Source: Escherichia phage vB_EcoM-G28
Direction: 5' to 3' (one strand)
DNA: 64,000 bases
Sequence record: NC_054916.1
Part shown: positions 1 to 8,802 of the stretch, piece after piece
How the letters are laid out: the number at the start of each line of letters is the position of its first letter
Numbering within the stretch: the stretch's first letter is position 1
Translations under genes and position numbers: made by a program
Notes under the pieces: generated by a model
The model's database searches: none
What the model saw: only the letters and a program-made list of their open reading frames with translations
What the model was told of the DNA's origin: nothing

Positions 1-154
1 CATCCTTTGAATACACCCTTTTGTAATTTGTATTGCTTGGGATAAAATTCGCTCAAAATGTTATTATTTGCTAAAATTTCAAAATGATTCACCAATTTAT
101 TTTTAATAGTTTTTGGCGAAAAATAGAGATATTCGAAAAGCTGTGTGTCTGTCA

Positions 155-742
155 TCATTGCATTCCGATTACGAAAAACTGTGGACGAGTAATACCACCA
201 ATACAACATTTAATATTACAGCAGCAGTGTACAGTGTCAATATGGACACTATAAATCTTATCCATATCAGGAGATTTGACAGGCTCATCAATTATATACA
301 AAATTCGCGAAAGCGATAAACCTCTGAACTTACTTCCTTTATTACCAATAAAACTGCGTACAGAATCAGTAAATAAACGAAAACGTATATCATCATTAGA
401 ATAACGCGAAAATTCCTTTTTGATGTTATTTGCAGAAATTTTAGCATAAGCTGAAGTATTAGAAAGAACAATAACTGTTCCGCCATCATACAACCAATTA
501 GCAGCGAAGTTAGTCACAGCAATTGATTTACCGGATTGACGTCCACCATCTAGTCGAAGTGTGCAATACTGTTTAAGTAAGTCTTCAAATGGCGGGATAT
601 ATTCGTTTTTACAAATTTCTTCTACTCTAGCATCAGAATGGTGTGTAAAAGCATTCATCAGGGATAGATAAGGACCAGTTAAAAATGTTCTCATTTTGTT
701 CTCTCTAGGTTTGGGCCATTCCATGGCGCATGAATTGTCCAT
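155..742 (-). CDS. Hypothetical P-loop NTPase-like protein (Walker A DGGRQSGKS, Walker B-like ILYIIDE); true start probably the internal Met at 694
   Basis: Six-frame ORF; Walker A/B motifs read directly from the translation; sits in the ipII/ipIII-equivalent slot beside e. Cys-rich odd C-terminus (HCCCNIKCC) could indicate a frame problem. Confidence 0.45.
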   Translation of the reverse strand: MDNSCAMEWPKPRENKMRTFLTGPYLSLMNAFTHHSDARVEEICKNEYIPPFEDLLKQYCTLRLDGGRQSGKSIAVTNFAANWLYDGGTVIVLSNTSAYAKISANNIKKEFSRYSNDDIRFRLFTDSVRSFIGNKGSKFRGLSLSRILYIIDEPVKSPDMDKIYSVHIDTVHCCCNIKCCIGGITRPQFFVIGMQ

Positions 743-835
743 TTCTGTATTTACCCATTACCGCACTTGGGCTCGACCTTATTACAGGTTGGCGGGAATC
801 CCTTATAGAATCATAAGGTCCAGGTTGTTCCCATA

Positions 836-1309
836 TTATTTGAACGATTTAACGTACTGAATAGAACCTTTACTATTTACAAAGGCAATTTTACCATTTT
901 TATTATACATGGTAGCAGTACGTTGATAGCCATAAGTTTGTTTACCAGATTGATAACCAACTAATGCGAAATTATCTTCACCCATTTTATTCTGTTTAGC
1001 GCGAATGCGTTCATGACCATGTGCCATAAGAACCTTAGCATCACCAGTTGCAATGGATCGACGAGTTTTTTCATCTTCAACTGTATTAACAAAGTCGTCA
1101 AATGAATCAAATTTAGCATGAGATTTATTATACAATTTTCCATCTACTGCATAATTATATCCCTGTACATCCATCTCAACTTCTGTACCATCATCCAATA
1201 CAGCAGTGATTTTTTGACCTTTTTTAAATTTCAAAAGATCAGTAAAAGATTCAGCAATAATTTGAGAATTAATAGCTGCTTCAGTGATAAATTCTTGATA
1301 TGTTTTCAT
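836..1309 (-). CDS. Internal head protein (IP family) with N-terminal capsid-targeting sequence MKTYQEFITEA
   Basis: N-terminus matches the T4 IP capsid-targeting sequence (MKTYQEFIAE) including an I-x-E gp21 cleavage motif; position next to e equals the T4 ipIII/ipII locus; length 157 aa differs from my recollection of T4 IPII/IPIII. Confidence 0.65.
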   Translation of the reverse strand: MKTYQEFITEAAINSQIIAESFTDLLKFKKGQKITAVLDDGTEVEMDVQGYNYAVDGKLYNKSHAKFDSFDDFVNTVEDEKTRRSIATGDAKVLMAHGHERIRAKQNKMGEDNFALVGYQSGKQTYGYQRTATMYNKNGKIAFVNSKGSIQYVKSFK

Positions 1310-1363
1310 ATATTTCCTTTAAATATTTTAATTAGCAATTTGTCTCTTCAAGCAACTGTGAAT

Positions 1364-1393
1364 ATACTATCACAATTCTAGGAGAAAGTAAAC
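1364..1393 (-). promoter_or_regulatory. Early-type sigma70 promoter (-35 GTTTAC, 18-nt spacer, -10 TACTAT) upstream of the IP gene
   Basis: Reverse complement reads GTTTAC...TAGTAT with canonical spacing; same motif recurs upstream of other minus-strand early genes. Confidence 0.5.
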
Positions 1394-1397
1394 AACT

Positions 1398-2366
<969 letters not shown>

Positions 2367-2385
<19 letters not shown>

Positions 2386-2855
2386 TCAGTGATAAAGTTA
2401 TTTAAATTTTGAGTATATTTCTTTTCATCAAAAATCTTTTGTTGTCTGCGTAAACGCCATGGCATTTCAATGAACATACGCCATATTCCTGATAATACTG
2501 CTGCTGTAAAAATATTAACAAGTATAGTTAAAAGAACCCAATCTCCTATTCTGTCCATTGGATTTTTTATAAAAAAGTAAAATACGAACGATGATATAGG
2601 AAGACTAATGATATACCACAGAAGAACCTTCTTATCTGTGAACCAATCAGCATTCGTTAACTTAGCGCGACCGTTTTGAATACATACGAACTTATCATCT
2701 GTTACAGTAAATGGCTTAGCTGCTTGATATCCCATTCTAAACTCCCTAATCAACAAATTTTTCATATCTTCGGAACAACCATTCCAGTCAACTCTATCAA
2801 CTGAAATGCCATCATCCCCATCATCTAAATCATACCAGCGAGTTTTTAAAATCAT
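2367..2855 (-). CDS. Hypothetical membrane protein (e.2 position)
   Basis: ORF with two clear hydrophobic segments; synteny with T4 e.2. Confidence 0.6.
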
Positions 2856-3214
2856 TTAATTTTCCTACAATCACTCACAAACTCTTTCATTGATTCATTT
2901 TCAATATAAGACATGTAGCTATTATATTCTTTTAATTGTATTTTGTAATCCTTTTTTCTTTGCCAATTTATTTTAAAATTATCATAATAAAAATATAACA
3001 TGGTACCAAAGAATGAAAATAATGAAATAATTTTAGTATAGTGAAGTTCACTCCAAACTTCTATTATATTTACTGTGCCGTCGATGTTTAAAATAATACA
3101 GTCAATTAACAATCCAAAAAGACTACCCGCAAGAGCTGCAGCCAACGCCACAGCAAAAATTAAAAATGACTCAGGAAGCGAATATTTGACTTTATTTAGT
3201 TTTGGCTTTTGCAT
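2852..3214 (-). CDS. Hypothetical membrane protein (e.3 position)
   Basis: ORF with hydrophobic helices; ATGA start/stop overlap with neighbour. Confidence 0.6.
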   Translation of the reverse strand: MQKPKLNKVKYSLPESFLIFAVALAAALAGSLFGLLIDCIILNIDGTVNIIEVWSELHYTKIISLFSFFGTMLYFYYDNFKINWQRKKDYKIQLKEYNSYMSYIENESMKEFVSDCRKIK

Positions 3215-3609
3215 CGTGATTCCTTAACAAATTTCATAATTTCATCAAATTCATGCGCAGCAAGTTTAAGCTGATGTTCCTTTTTAATCTTTTTACACTG
3301 AGCTTTCCAATCACATACACGTTTACGATAGTGTCTTCCTTGATACCAGTATCCTATCCAATTTATAGGTACTAATAAAAGCGGAACTACCAATGGAAGA
3401 ATTAGTGTTGCTCCAAATATTGCACCAGATTCAATATCAGTCATAACGTCTATAACTATTCCAGCAATCAGCAGAATCACAAATGATACGGCTACCACAG
3501 GACCTATTAACACATCAGTAGAAATTATCTGACGCTTTAGTTCATACTTCAAAGGTTTACTTGGAAGGTATAGTGATGGCTTTGACATATTCTCTACATT
3601 CCTTAACAA
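3196..3609 (-). CDS. Hypothetical membrane protein (e.4 position)
   Basis: ORF with multiple hydrophobic segments. Confidence 0.6.
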   Translation of the reverse strand: MLRNVENMSKPSLYLPSKPLKYELKRQIISTDVLIGPVVAVSFVILLIAGIVIDVMTDIESGAIFGATLILPLVVPLLLVPINWIGYWYQGRHYRKRVCDWKAQCKKIKKEHQLKLAAHEFDEIMKFVKESRCKSQN

Positions 3610-4165
3610 ATTTTTCTAGTAATAAATCGCTTTCAAAACTAGGATTTTCCACGAATTTATCAAAAAGATCATCAACAATATTCAAGATATTCCTTTTACT
3701 AAGAATACGTTTATTTTCATGCTTCGTTTCAGAATCAACTATAAGAGTAAAGAAATATTTCTTTCCCTGAAATTTTACCGTAGTATCAATATAAAATAAA
3801 TTTGACTTTTGTAAGTTACGTTTAAACCATGCGTCACTTAAACTATAAACACCGAGATAATCAAAATCGTCGTTTAAATAACAAACTGTCCATTCAGGAG
3901 AAATGAAATCAGTAAATTCAACATCAAAATCACACGTCAGTGAATGAATTGATTCAATACTGTTAATAAGTATTCCAGGACGTATTAAAGACTTTTTACC
4001 TCTAGAAAATCTTCCAGAAAGACTTTCATCAGTTTCATATGAAGAACCCCAATAATAATTACGTCCTTCTGCCATACGTTTAAGAGCATTTAGTAATTGG
4101 TCTGGAACATCAACTTGTCTTTGGAACTCTTCAAACATTGAATTGAAATCATTTTGCATTCTCAT
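3557..4165 (-). CDS. Hypothetical protein (e.5 position)
   Basis: 202-aa ORF, soluble-looking; synteny. Confidence 0.6.
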   Translation of the reverse strand: MRMQNDFNSMFEEFQRQVDVPDQLLNALKRMAEGRNYYWGSSYETDESLSGRFSRGKKSLIRPGILINSIESIHSLTCDFDVEFTDFISPEWTVCYLNDDFDYLGVYSLSDAWFKRNLQKSNLFYIDTTVKFQGKKYFFTLIVDSETKHENKRILSKRNILNIVDDLFDKFVENPSFESDLLLEKFVKECREYVKAITIPSK

Positions 4166-4186
4166 TTCTATTTACTCCAAGTAATA

Positions 4187-4200
4187 GGGGCCGAAGCCCC
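4187..4200. terminator. GC hairpin GGGGC-CGAA-GCCCC (possible weak terminator/RNA stability element)
   Basis: Perfect 5-bp stem with tetraloop; flanking T-tracts are weak on both strands; the identical 14-mer recurs at 44479-44492. Confidence 0.3.
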
Positions 4201-4206
4201 TTATCA

Positions 4207-4800
4207 TTATTTAAGAGAATTAATGTATTCCTGAACATCGGCAGAGGTAGTTTCAACCCCAGAAATATTACCATTAAAGGTTTCAACTCGAGCAAGAGTA
4301 TCTTCAATATCAACCTTAGTCAGTGCTGCAATTTCAACTACATCATCAGCAGTACTAATTCCAAGGGCATTTGCTGCACGAGTTTCACGGATATATTCCA
4401 ATTTAACCGCAAGTTCTTGGCGTGCATCATCTAACTCAACTACTTTCTTGGCGATTTCAATTCGCATTTCAGCATAACCATCAGCTTTAGTAGTCAACTG
4501 CTCAGCTGTTCGACGATATAGCAAGCCGAGTTTAGCATGCATTGTTACATCTTGACCTTCGGAAAGAAGCTTGCGAATTTCACGCTCTTTTGATTCGGCC
4601 TGCTTATTCTTTTCGACAATAAGTTCACGAATACGCTTTTCTTCATTAATAGATTTAACAGAAGCAGTTTTTAGGTCTTTAATTTTATCAAGCAGTTTTG
4701 CTGCTGCGGCAGTATACTGTTCTTCAACAGATAGATTTTTAGCCATAGCAGAACCAAGTTTAGTGCGAATAAACTCAACAATTTTCTTCAGTGTGTTCAT
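4207..4800 (-). CDS. Coiled-coil protein with PspA/IM30-like character (e.6 position)
   Basis: 197-aa ORF, highly charged heptad-like sequence; PspA-like assignment is by eye only. Confidence 0.55.
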
Positions 4801-4843
4801 AGTAGTTCCTTAGGTTGATTAAGATTTAAAATCCATGAGAGTA

Positions 4844-5020
4844 TTATACTCCGGATAGTTTGTAAACTATTTCAACATCGCCTTTTGCTGCTTTATAACC
4901 TTCAGCCCAAGATACAACCGAGTTTTTATCCGAAGATTCAAATTCTGGCATTGGGCTTTCGCCAATGTTCACGCAGTATGTTTCTTCATTTTCGTCGAAC
5001 CAAATAATTAAAGTAGTCAT
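4844..5020 (-). CDS. Small hypothetical protein, 58 aa (e.7 position)
   Basis: Below the ORF-track cutoff; hand-translated; strong RBS GGAGAAATAA before the ATG. Confidence 0.4.
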   Translation of the reverse strand: MTTLIIWFDENEETYCVNIGESPMPEFESSDKNSVVSWAEGYKAAKGDVEIVYKLSGV

Positions 5021-5088
5021 TTATTTCTCCGTTTCTGTGTTTATTTTGATAAGTCTATAATAACACCGTCCTTAGTGTTTGTACACAA

Positions 5089-5364
5089 TTATTTCATATT
5101 ATTGAAATGTTCTTCTGCAATTTCGTCGTTATCATGGTAAACTTTAGAAGACAGTTTAACATAACTTTCAGCAGTGAACATGTTAATCACAACTTTTACA
5201 GTATACCACTGACCGTCTTCATTACCCATTACCGCATAGGTTTCAAACATCGGATGATCAGGACCGATAACTTTAATATCATTCACTGTACGACCGAAAT
5301 CTTCTGAAACGCATTTCATAAAGAAGTTGAACAGTTCGCCGTAATTATCCATTTCATTCTCCAA
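5089..5364 (-). CDS. Hypothetical protein, 91 aa (e.8 position)
   Basis: ORF preceded by an early-type promoter. Confidence 0.55.
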   Translation of the reverse strand: MENEMDNYGELFNFFMKCVSEDFGRTVNDIKVIGPDHPMFETYAVMGNEDGQWYTVKVVINMFTAESYVKLSSKVYHDNDEIAEEHFNNMK

Positions 5365-5395
5365 ATTGTTTTCTGTATCAGTAGTTGATAGTTGT

Positions 5396-5425
5396 ATAGT
5401 ACCATGGAAGAACGGGGATGTAAAC
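5396..5425 (-). promoter_or_regulatory. Early-type promoter (-35 GTTTAC, -10 TACTAT)
   Basis: Same motif architecture as the other early promoters; sits about 30 nt upstream of the 5364 start. Confidence 0.5.
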
Positions 5426-5455
5426 CGTTTTGTGAAAAAATTTTAAAAATTTTTA

Positions 5456-5478
5456 GGGAATTCTAGGGCGGGGAGGGG
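5456..5478 (+). other. G-run motif GGG-N7-GGG-N1-GGGG-N1-GGGG (potential G-quadruplex; C-rich on the transcribed minus strand)
   Basis: Four G-runs within 23 nt in an otherwise AT-rich intergenic region. Confidence 0.3.
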
Positions 5479-5555
5479 CAATTAAAAGATAGGATAATAT
5501 ATTATAAAGGGTAGAAACTAAATGATGCCTAGAGAGGCCCAGAAAGGCCTAGATA

Positions 5556-5583
5556 CCAAAAAGCCCCAACCTTTTGGTCGGGG
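5556..5583 (-). terminator. Intrinsic terminator (CCCCGACC-AAAA-GGTTGGGG + T5)
   Basis: Hairpin plus T-run read on the minus strand; near-identical copy at 6113-6140. Confidence 0.6.
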
Positions 5584-5592
5584 TTAAGAATG

Positions 5593-5862
5593 TTATTTGA
5601 TTTGTTTAGCAGACCAAATGCGGTCTTTAATAATTTTTTGGATGTCTTCAACATACTCAAGAGAGTGAACATGTGGATTATCTTTGAAACTATAGGCACG
5701 GGCTAACTTTTGGCCTTCGGTTTTGATTACTAAAAGCTCTTTAAGGATAGCTTCATACTTAGCGATAATTCCTTTAACAATATTTTTTTTCTTGTGTAGC
5801 TTTAGGATCTGCTTTAGGAGCAGGTTTACCCGAAGCCTTTGCAAAAGCAGCGCCAGTAGCAA
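5593..5862 (-). CDS. Hypothetical ORF; no in-frame ATG after the upstream stop, possibly joined to the 5774-6067 ORF by slippage at an A8 run
   Basis: C-terminal 60 residues look protein-like; N-terminal part overlaps the neighbouring ORF out of frame. Confidence 0.3.
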   Translation of the reverse strand: MLLALLLQRLRVNLLLKQILKLHKKKNIVKGIIAKYEAILKELLVIKTEGQKLARAYSFKDNPHVHSLEYVEDIQKIIKDRIWSAKQIK

Positions 5863-6067
5863 CTAGACTTTTCCAGGCCATACTAACCGCATTTCCCGTA
5901 AATCCTTCTGCTTTCATGTCGCGAGCAAATTGGAATCGTGATTCGTCAGAAGCATCTTTATAGGAATATTTACCCGCTGCAATGGCTGCTTTTGCAACAG
6001 CTTGAATTTCGGTGCTAGATGCTTCATTTAACACCGCTTCATTTAAAAATTGAGCATATGATTTCAT
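5774..6067 (-). CDS. IP-like small protein with capsid-targeting-like N-terminus MKSYAQFLNEA
   Basis: N-terminus resembles the IP capsid-targeting sequence with L-x-E cleavage motifs; own TATAAATA late promoter 37 nt upstream. Confidence 0.5.
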   Translation of the reverse strand: MKSYAQFLNEAVLNEASSTEIQAVAKAAIAAGKYSYKDASDESRFQFARDMKAEGFTGNAVSMAWKSLVATGAAFAKASGKPAPKADPKATQEKKYC

Positions 6068-6103
6068 CTTATTTCCTGTTTTAATTCGTAGATTTAATAT
6101 ACT

Positions 6104-6111
6104 TATTTATA
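6104..6111 (-). promoter_or_regulatory. Late promoter box TATAAATA
   Basis: Reverse complement of tatttata immediately downstream of the tRNA-cluster terminator. Confidence 0.55.
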
Positions 6112-6112
6112 C

Positions 6113-6140
6113 TAAAAAGCCCCAACCTTTCGGTCGGGGC
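6113..6140 (-). terminator. Intrinsic terminator after the tRNA/stable-RNA cluster (GCCCCGACC-GAAA-GGTTGGGGC + T5)
   Basis: 9-bp stem with one G-U pair, GAAA loop, T-run on the minus strand. Confidence 0.7.
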
Positions 6141-6144
6141 TAAG

Positions 6145-6458
6145 CCTTGCGGCAACCTTGTCGGGGTTCCACCTGCTAAGGCAAGTGTTTGTACGAAACG
6201 CCGGGATTCGAACCCGGTTATTAAGCAGTTGACGCTACTCAATATTTTTAAAAGGCCATATCTCGACCATATCCGAACGTTCCGTCAAAAACGCTACTCG
6301 GCTTACGGCAAAGATATTTCCTCGAATCGATAATTCGGTGCGCCGTTTCTGCTGTGATGTAAGGGGATATTAACAAATCATAAAGATTTATTAAGACCAG
6401 TCCTTACTCAGGGAACATCAGTCCGACGTCTTGCCGGTAGCGACCCGGCTTCTTGTCT
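6145..6458 (-). ncRNA. Small stable RNAs downstream of tRNA-Arg (probable homologues of T4 species 1/2 RNAs, RNA C/D); boundaries approximate
   Basis: No credible ORF; tRNA-like T-arm CCGGGTTCGAATCCCGG at 6201-6217 and other stems; position matches T4 subcluster II. Confidence 0.4.
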
Positions 6459-6460
6459 GG

Positions 6461-6533
6461 TCGAGGCAGTAGGGATCGAACCTACGACCCAGGACTTAGA
6501 AGGTCCTTGCTCTTCCTTCTGAGCTATGCCCCG
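6461..6533 (-). tRNA. tRNA-Arg: tRNA-Arg (anticodon UCU)
   Basis: Hand-folded cloverleaf: acceptor CGGGGCA/TGCCTCG, D-stem GCTC/GAGC, anticodon loop CTTCTAA, T-arm GTAGG-TTCGATC-CCTAC. Confidence 0.8.
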
Positions 6534-6536
6534 TAA

Positions 6537-7202
6537 TTAAAATTTCATTTTTCGACCTTTAAACCATCCTTCTGGAATTGGGTCAGTTTTCTTAATACGT
6601 TTAGAAACTTTTTCATCTAATGAATGAATCCACATCATACCAAATTGGGAATTCTTTTCGCCCTGTTGGTGTTTATTTCTGGCGTGAGATTCTTTCATTT
6701 TATTAATAGTTTCATCTGAATGGGACTTACCCAAGAAAGATTTAGTATTTGAAAATTTCTCTCTATACTTAGGATTATCCCAAAGCTGTTTAAACCTTTC
6801 TGAACCCATTTTACGATATTTTTCTTTAAGGTCTGGGTCGTTCTCAAATCTGGTTTTAAAAGCGGCAACTCCTTTTAAGGAAGCTTCTTTCTTTTTATCC
6901 AAATATTCTTTAGTGTTTAAATGGTCCCAACCACCTTCACCACCTAATTTCAAATTATAAACGTCAGGGCGCTTTAAAAACTCTTCAGTCACAATATTCT
7001 TTTCTGACTCAAACATAGAGGTTTTATCGTCAAAGAACTCTAATATTTCTTTAGAGAAATTTTCTATACCATACTTGTCTTGGGCTCTTTTTAATAATTT
7101 ACCAGAACCCATATATCCATCATCTAAATTTTCGGTAGAATGAGCGCCTATATAGATTTTATTATTAATTTTATTTGTTATTTTATAAGTGTAATGGAAC
7201 AT
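6537..7202 (-). CDS. segB: GIY-YIG homing endonuclease SegB, 221 aa
   Basis: GIY-YIG motif (KIYIGAHS...YMGSGK) at the N-terminus; embedded in the tRNA cluster as in T4. Confidence 0.85.
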   Translation of the reverse strand: MFHYTYKITNKINNKIYIGAHSTENLDDGYMGSGKLLKRAQDKYGIENFSKEILEFFDDKTSMFESEKNIVTEEFLKRPDVYNLKLGGEGGWDHLNTKEYLDKKKEASLKGVAAFKTRFENDPDLKEKYRKMGSERFKQLWDNPKYREKFSNTKSFLGKSHSDETINKMKESHARNKHQQGEKNSQFGMMWIHSLDEKVSKRIKKTDPIPEGWFKGRKMKF

Positions 7203-7243
7203 AAATATCTCCTATTTCTAAGAGTATTTATGTTCCCAAAATA

Positions 7244-7315
7244 TGGCCCTGGGTGGAATTGAACCACCATCTGGCGATTATGAGTCGCTTGCTTGAACCT
7301 TCCAGCTACAGGGCC
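7244..7315 (-). tRNA. tRNA-Ile: tRNA with anticodon CAU (Ile by T4 analogy; Met by anticodon alone)
   Basis: Cloverleaf folded by hand: acceptor GGCCCTG/CAGGGCC, anticodon loop CTCATAA, T-arm GGTGG-TTCAATT-CCACC. Confidence 0.75.
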
Positions 7316-7322
7316 TTGATAT

Positions 7323-7394
7323 GCTGATTGACGGAATCGAACCGCCGACGTCCTCATTACAAGTGAGGTGCTCTACCTACTGAGCTAAATCAGC
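7323..7394 (-). tRNA. tRNA-Thr: tRNA-Thr (anticodon UGU)
   Basis: Acceptor GCTGATT/AATCAGC, D-arm TAGCTCAGTAGGTAGAGC, anticodon loop CTTGTAA, T-loop TTCGATT. Confidence 0.8.
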
Positions 7395-7401
7395 GAAATT
7401 A

Positions 7402-7488
7402 CGGAGGCGATAGGATTTGAACCTATGAGTCGCCGGAGCGACTGCCGGTTTTCAAGACCGGTGCATTAAACCACTCTGCCACGCCTCC
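7402..7488 (-). tRNA. tRNA-Ser: tRNA-Ser (anticodon UGA), long variable arm
   Basis: Acceptor GGAGGCG/CGCCTCC, anticodon loop CTTGAAA, long extra arm, T-loop TTCAAAT. Confidence 0.8.
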
Positions 7489-7490
7489 AG

Positions 7491-7564
7491 TCTCCATACA
7501 AGGATTTGAACCTTGGACCTCCTGATCCCAAATCAGGCGCTCTACCAAACTGAGCTACACGGAG
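7491..7564 (-). tRNA. tRNA-Pro: tRNA-Pro (anticodon UGG)
   Basis: D-arm TAGCTCAGTTTGGTAGAGC, anticodon stem-loop CCTGA-TTTGGGA-TCAGG, T-loop TTCAAAT. Confidence 0.75.
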
Positions 7565-7576
7565 TAAATTAAATTT

Positions 7577-7648
<72 letters not shown>

Positions 7649-7654
7649 AAACTT

Positions 7655-7741
7655 TGGTACGAGAAGTGGGACTCGAACCCACAAGGAAATCATTCCGCAG
7701 CATTTTAAGTGCTGTGCCTTTACCAATTTGACCATTCTCGC
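7655..7741 (-). tRNA. tRNA-Leu: tRNA-Leu (anticodon UAA), long variable arm, CCA encoded
   Basis: Acceptor GCGAGAA, anticodon loop CTTAAAA, extra arm, T-arm GTGGG-TTCGAGT-CCCAC, 3' ACCA. Confidence 0.8.
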
Positions 7742-7742
7742 G

Positions 7743-7815
7743 CTGGGAATAAAGGACTCGAACCTTTGCATCCTGGAATCAAAATCCAGTGCCTTACCAA
7801 CTTGGCTAATTCCCA
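7743..7815 (-). tRNA. tRNA-Gln: tRNA-Gln (anticodon UUG)
   Basis: Acceptor TGGGAAT/ATTCCCA, anticodon stem-loop CTGGA-TTTTGAT-TCCAG, T-loop TTCGAGT. Confidence 0.8.
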
Positions 7816-7912
7816 ATTATTAACAAAGGCTCTTAAGCAAGAACCCTTGATGATAGAGGGTATTAATCAGTGCGGTATGAGTTAATAATAACAAATAATT
7901 CTTAAAGCATAT

Positions 7913-8206
7913 TTACCATTTATGATAATACATATTTACGATGCATTCAAGACCCAAAGGATTCTTGAAAATATCATATTCAAGAGGACCTTTTTCTGTT
8001 TCAATAAAGAAATCAAAATTTACTGTATTAAATTTACGGTCTTCCTTTACTAATTTAACTTGAGAAGATGAACGGTCAATGTAAACCTTTTCAACTTCAA
8101 AACATGTTAAAATGCCATAATCATCAATCAAGGCTTTAGCTGCTTCTTGATCATATTTATATCCATTTTCAATGGATGATACTTTCGCATAAAGAATCAT
8201 TATCAA
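7913..8206 (-). CDS. Hypothetical protein, 97 aa
   Basis: ORF, start overlaps upstream stop (coupled). Confidence 0.5.
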   Translation of the reverse strand: MIMILYAKVSSIENGYKYDQEAAKALIDDYGILTCFEVEKVYIDRSSSQVKLVKEDRKFNTVNFDFFIETEKGPLEYDIFKNPLGLECIVNMYYHKW

Positions 8207-8586
8207 CCTTCATCAACAATAGTGTGCGTATTGGCATTAACTATTTGCCACCAATCAAAGCGATTAAAACCATACATCGGTTTGTTTTCATTTTCTTTGA
8301 TAATGTCACGGAGTTCATCTTCGGTAGCGGCTTTCGCTATTAAATCAGCATATCCACCACGAGGATAATAATTATCACCTGCAAAAAGTAAAAAGTTTGG
8401 TTTAATGTTATTGAACTCTTCAAGAGTAATAACTTTTCCTGATGGTAGTTGAACAATCTCTACATATTTATATCCCAATTTTTGAGCAGCATCTACTGCT
8501 TCAAGCAAAGTATCATGAGCCCATCCAATTTGACAACCTGGCTTTTCAGATGGATTAGCCTGATAATCCGCATACACTTTGTACAT
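8203..8586 (-). CDS. Hypothetical protein (start chosen at ATG 8586 with GGTG RBS; the longer ORF to 8625 begins with TTG)
   Basis: ORF plus RBS inspection. Confidence 0.5.
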   Translation of the reverse strand: MYKVYADYQANPSEKPGCQIGWAHDTLLEAVDAAQKLGYKYVEIVQLPSGKVITLEEFNNIKPNFLLFAGDNYYPRGGYADLIAKAATEDELRDIIKENENKPMYGFNRFDWWQIVNANTHTIVDEG

Positions 8587-8587
8587 T

Positions 8588-8773
8588 CTATTCACCTTTA
8601 GAAATTTTATCCATAACGATAGCAATTAAACCAATTAAAAATGCTACTACAAGTGAAAAAACATTTTCTGCTGTAGTCAATAATCCGCATATAAATCCAA
8701 CAAACATTGAAAAACTAAAAGCGGAAGCAGAAATTGCAATAGCAACATTTCGAATTAATTCACAACGTTTCAT
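8588..8773 (-). CDS. Small hydrophobic (membrane) protein, 61 aa
   Basis: Strong GAGGAG RBS; hydrophobic sequence; early promoter upstream. Confidence 0.55.
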   Translation of the reverse strand: MKRCELIRNVAIAISASAFSFSMFVGFICGLLTTAENVFSLVVAFLIGLIAIVMDKISKGE

Positions 8774-8802
8774 TTTATTCTCCTCAGTAGTTGATAGGGT
8801 AA

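Noticed and set aside
113-489. Plus-strand ORF 113-319 and minus-strand ORF 292-489
   Set aside because: Both overlap the longer P-loop ORF 155-742 in other frames, with no RBS; treated as frame shadows.
5522-5587. Tiny plus-strand ORF (MMPREAQKG..., 21 aa) in the early intergenic region
   Set aside because: Overlaps terminator and hairpin sequences in a minus-strand transcription unit; too short and unsupported.
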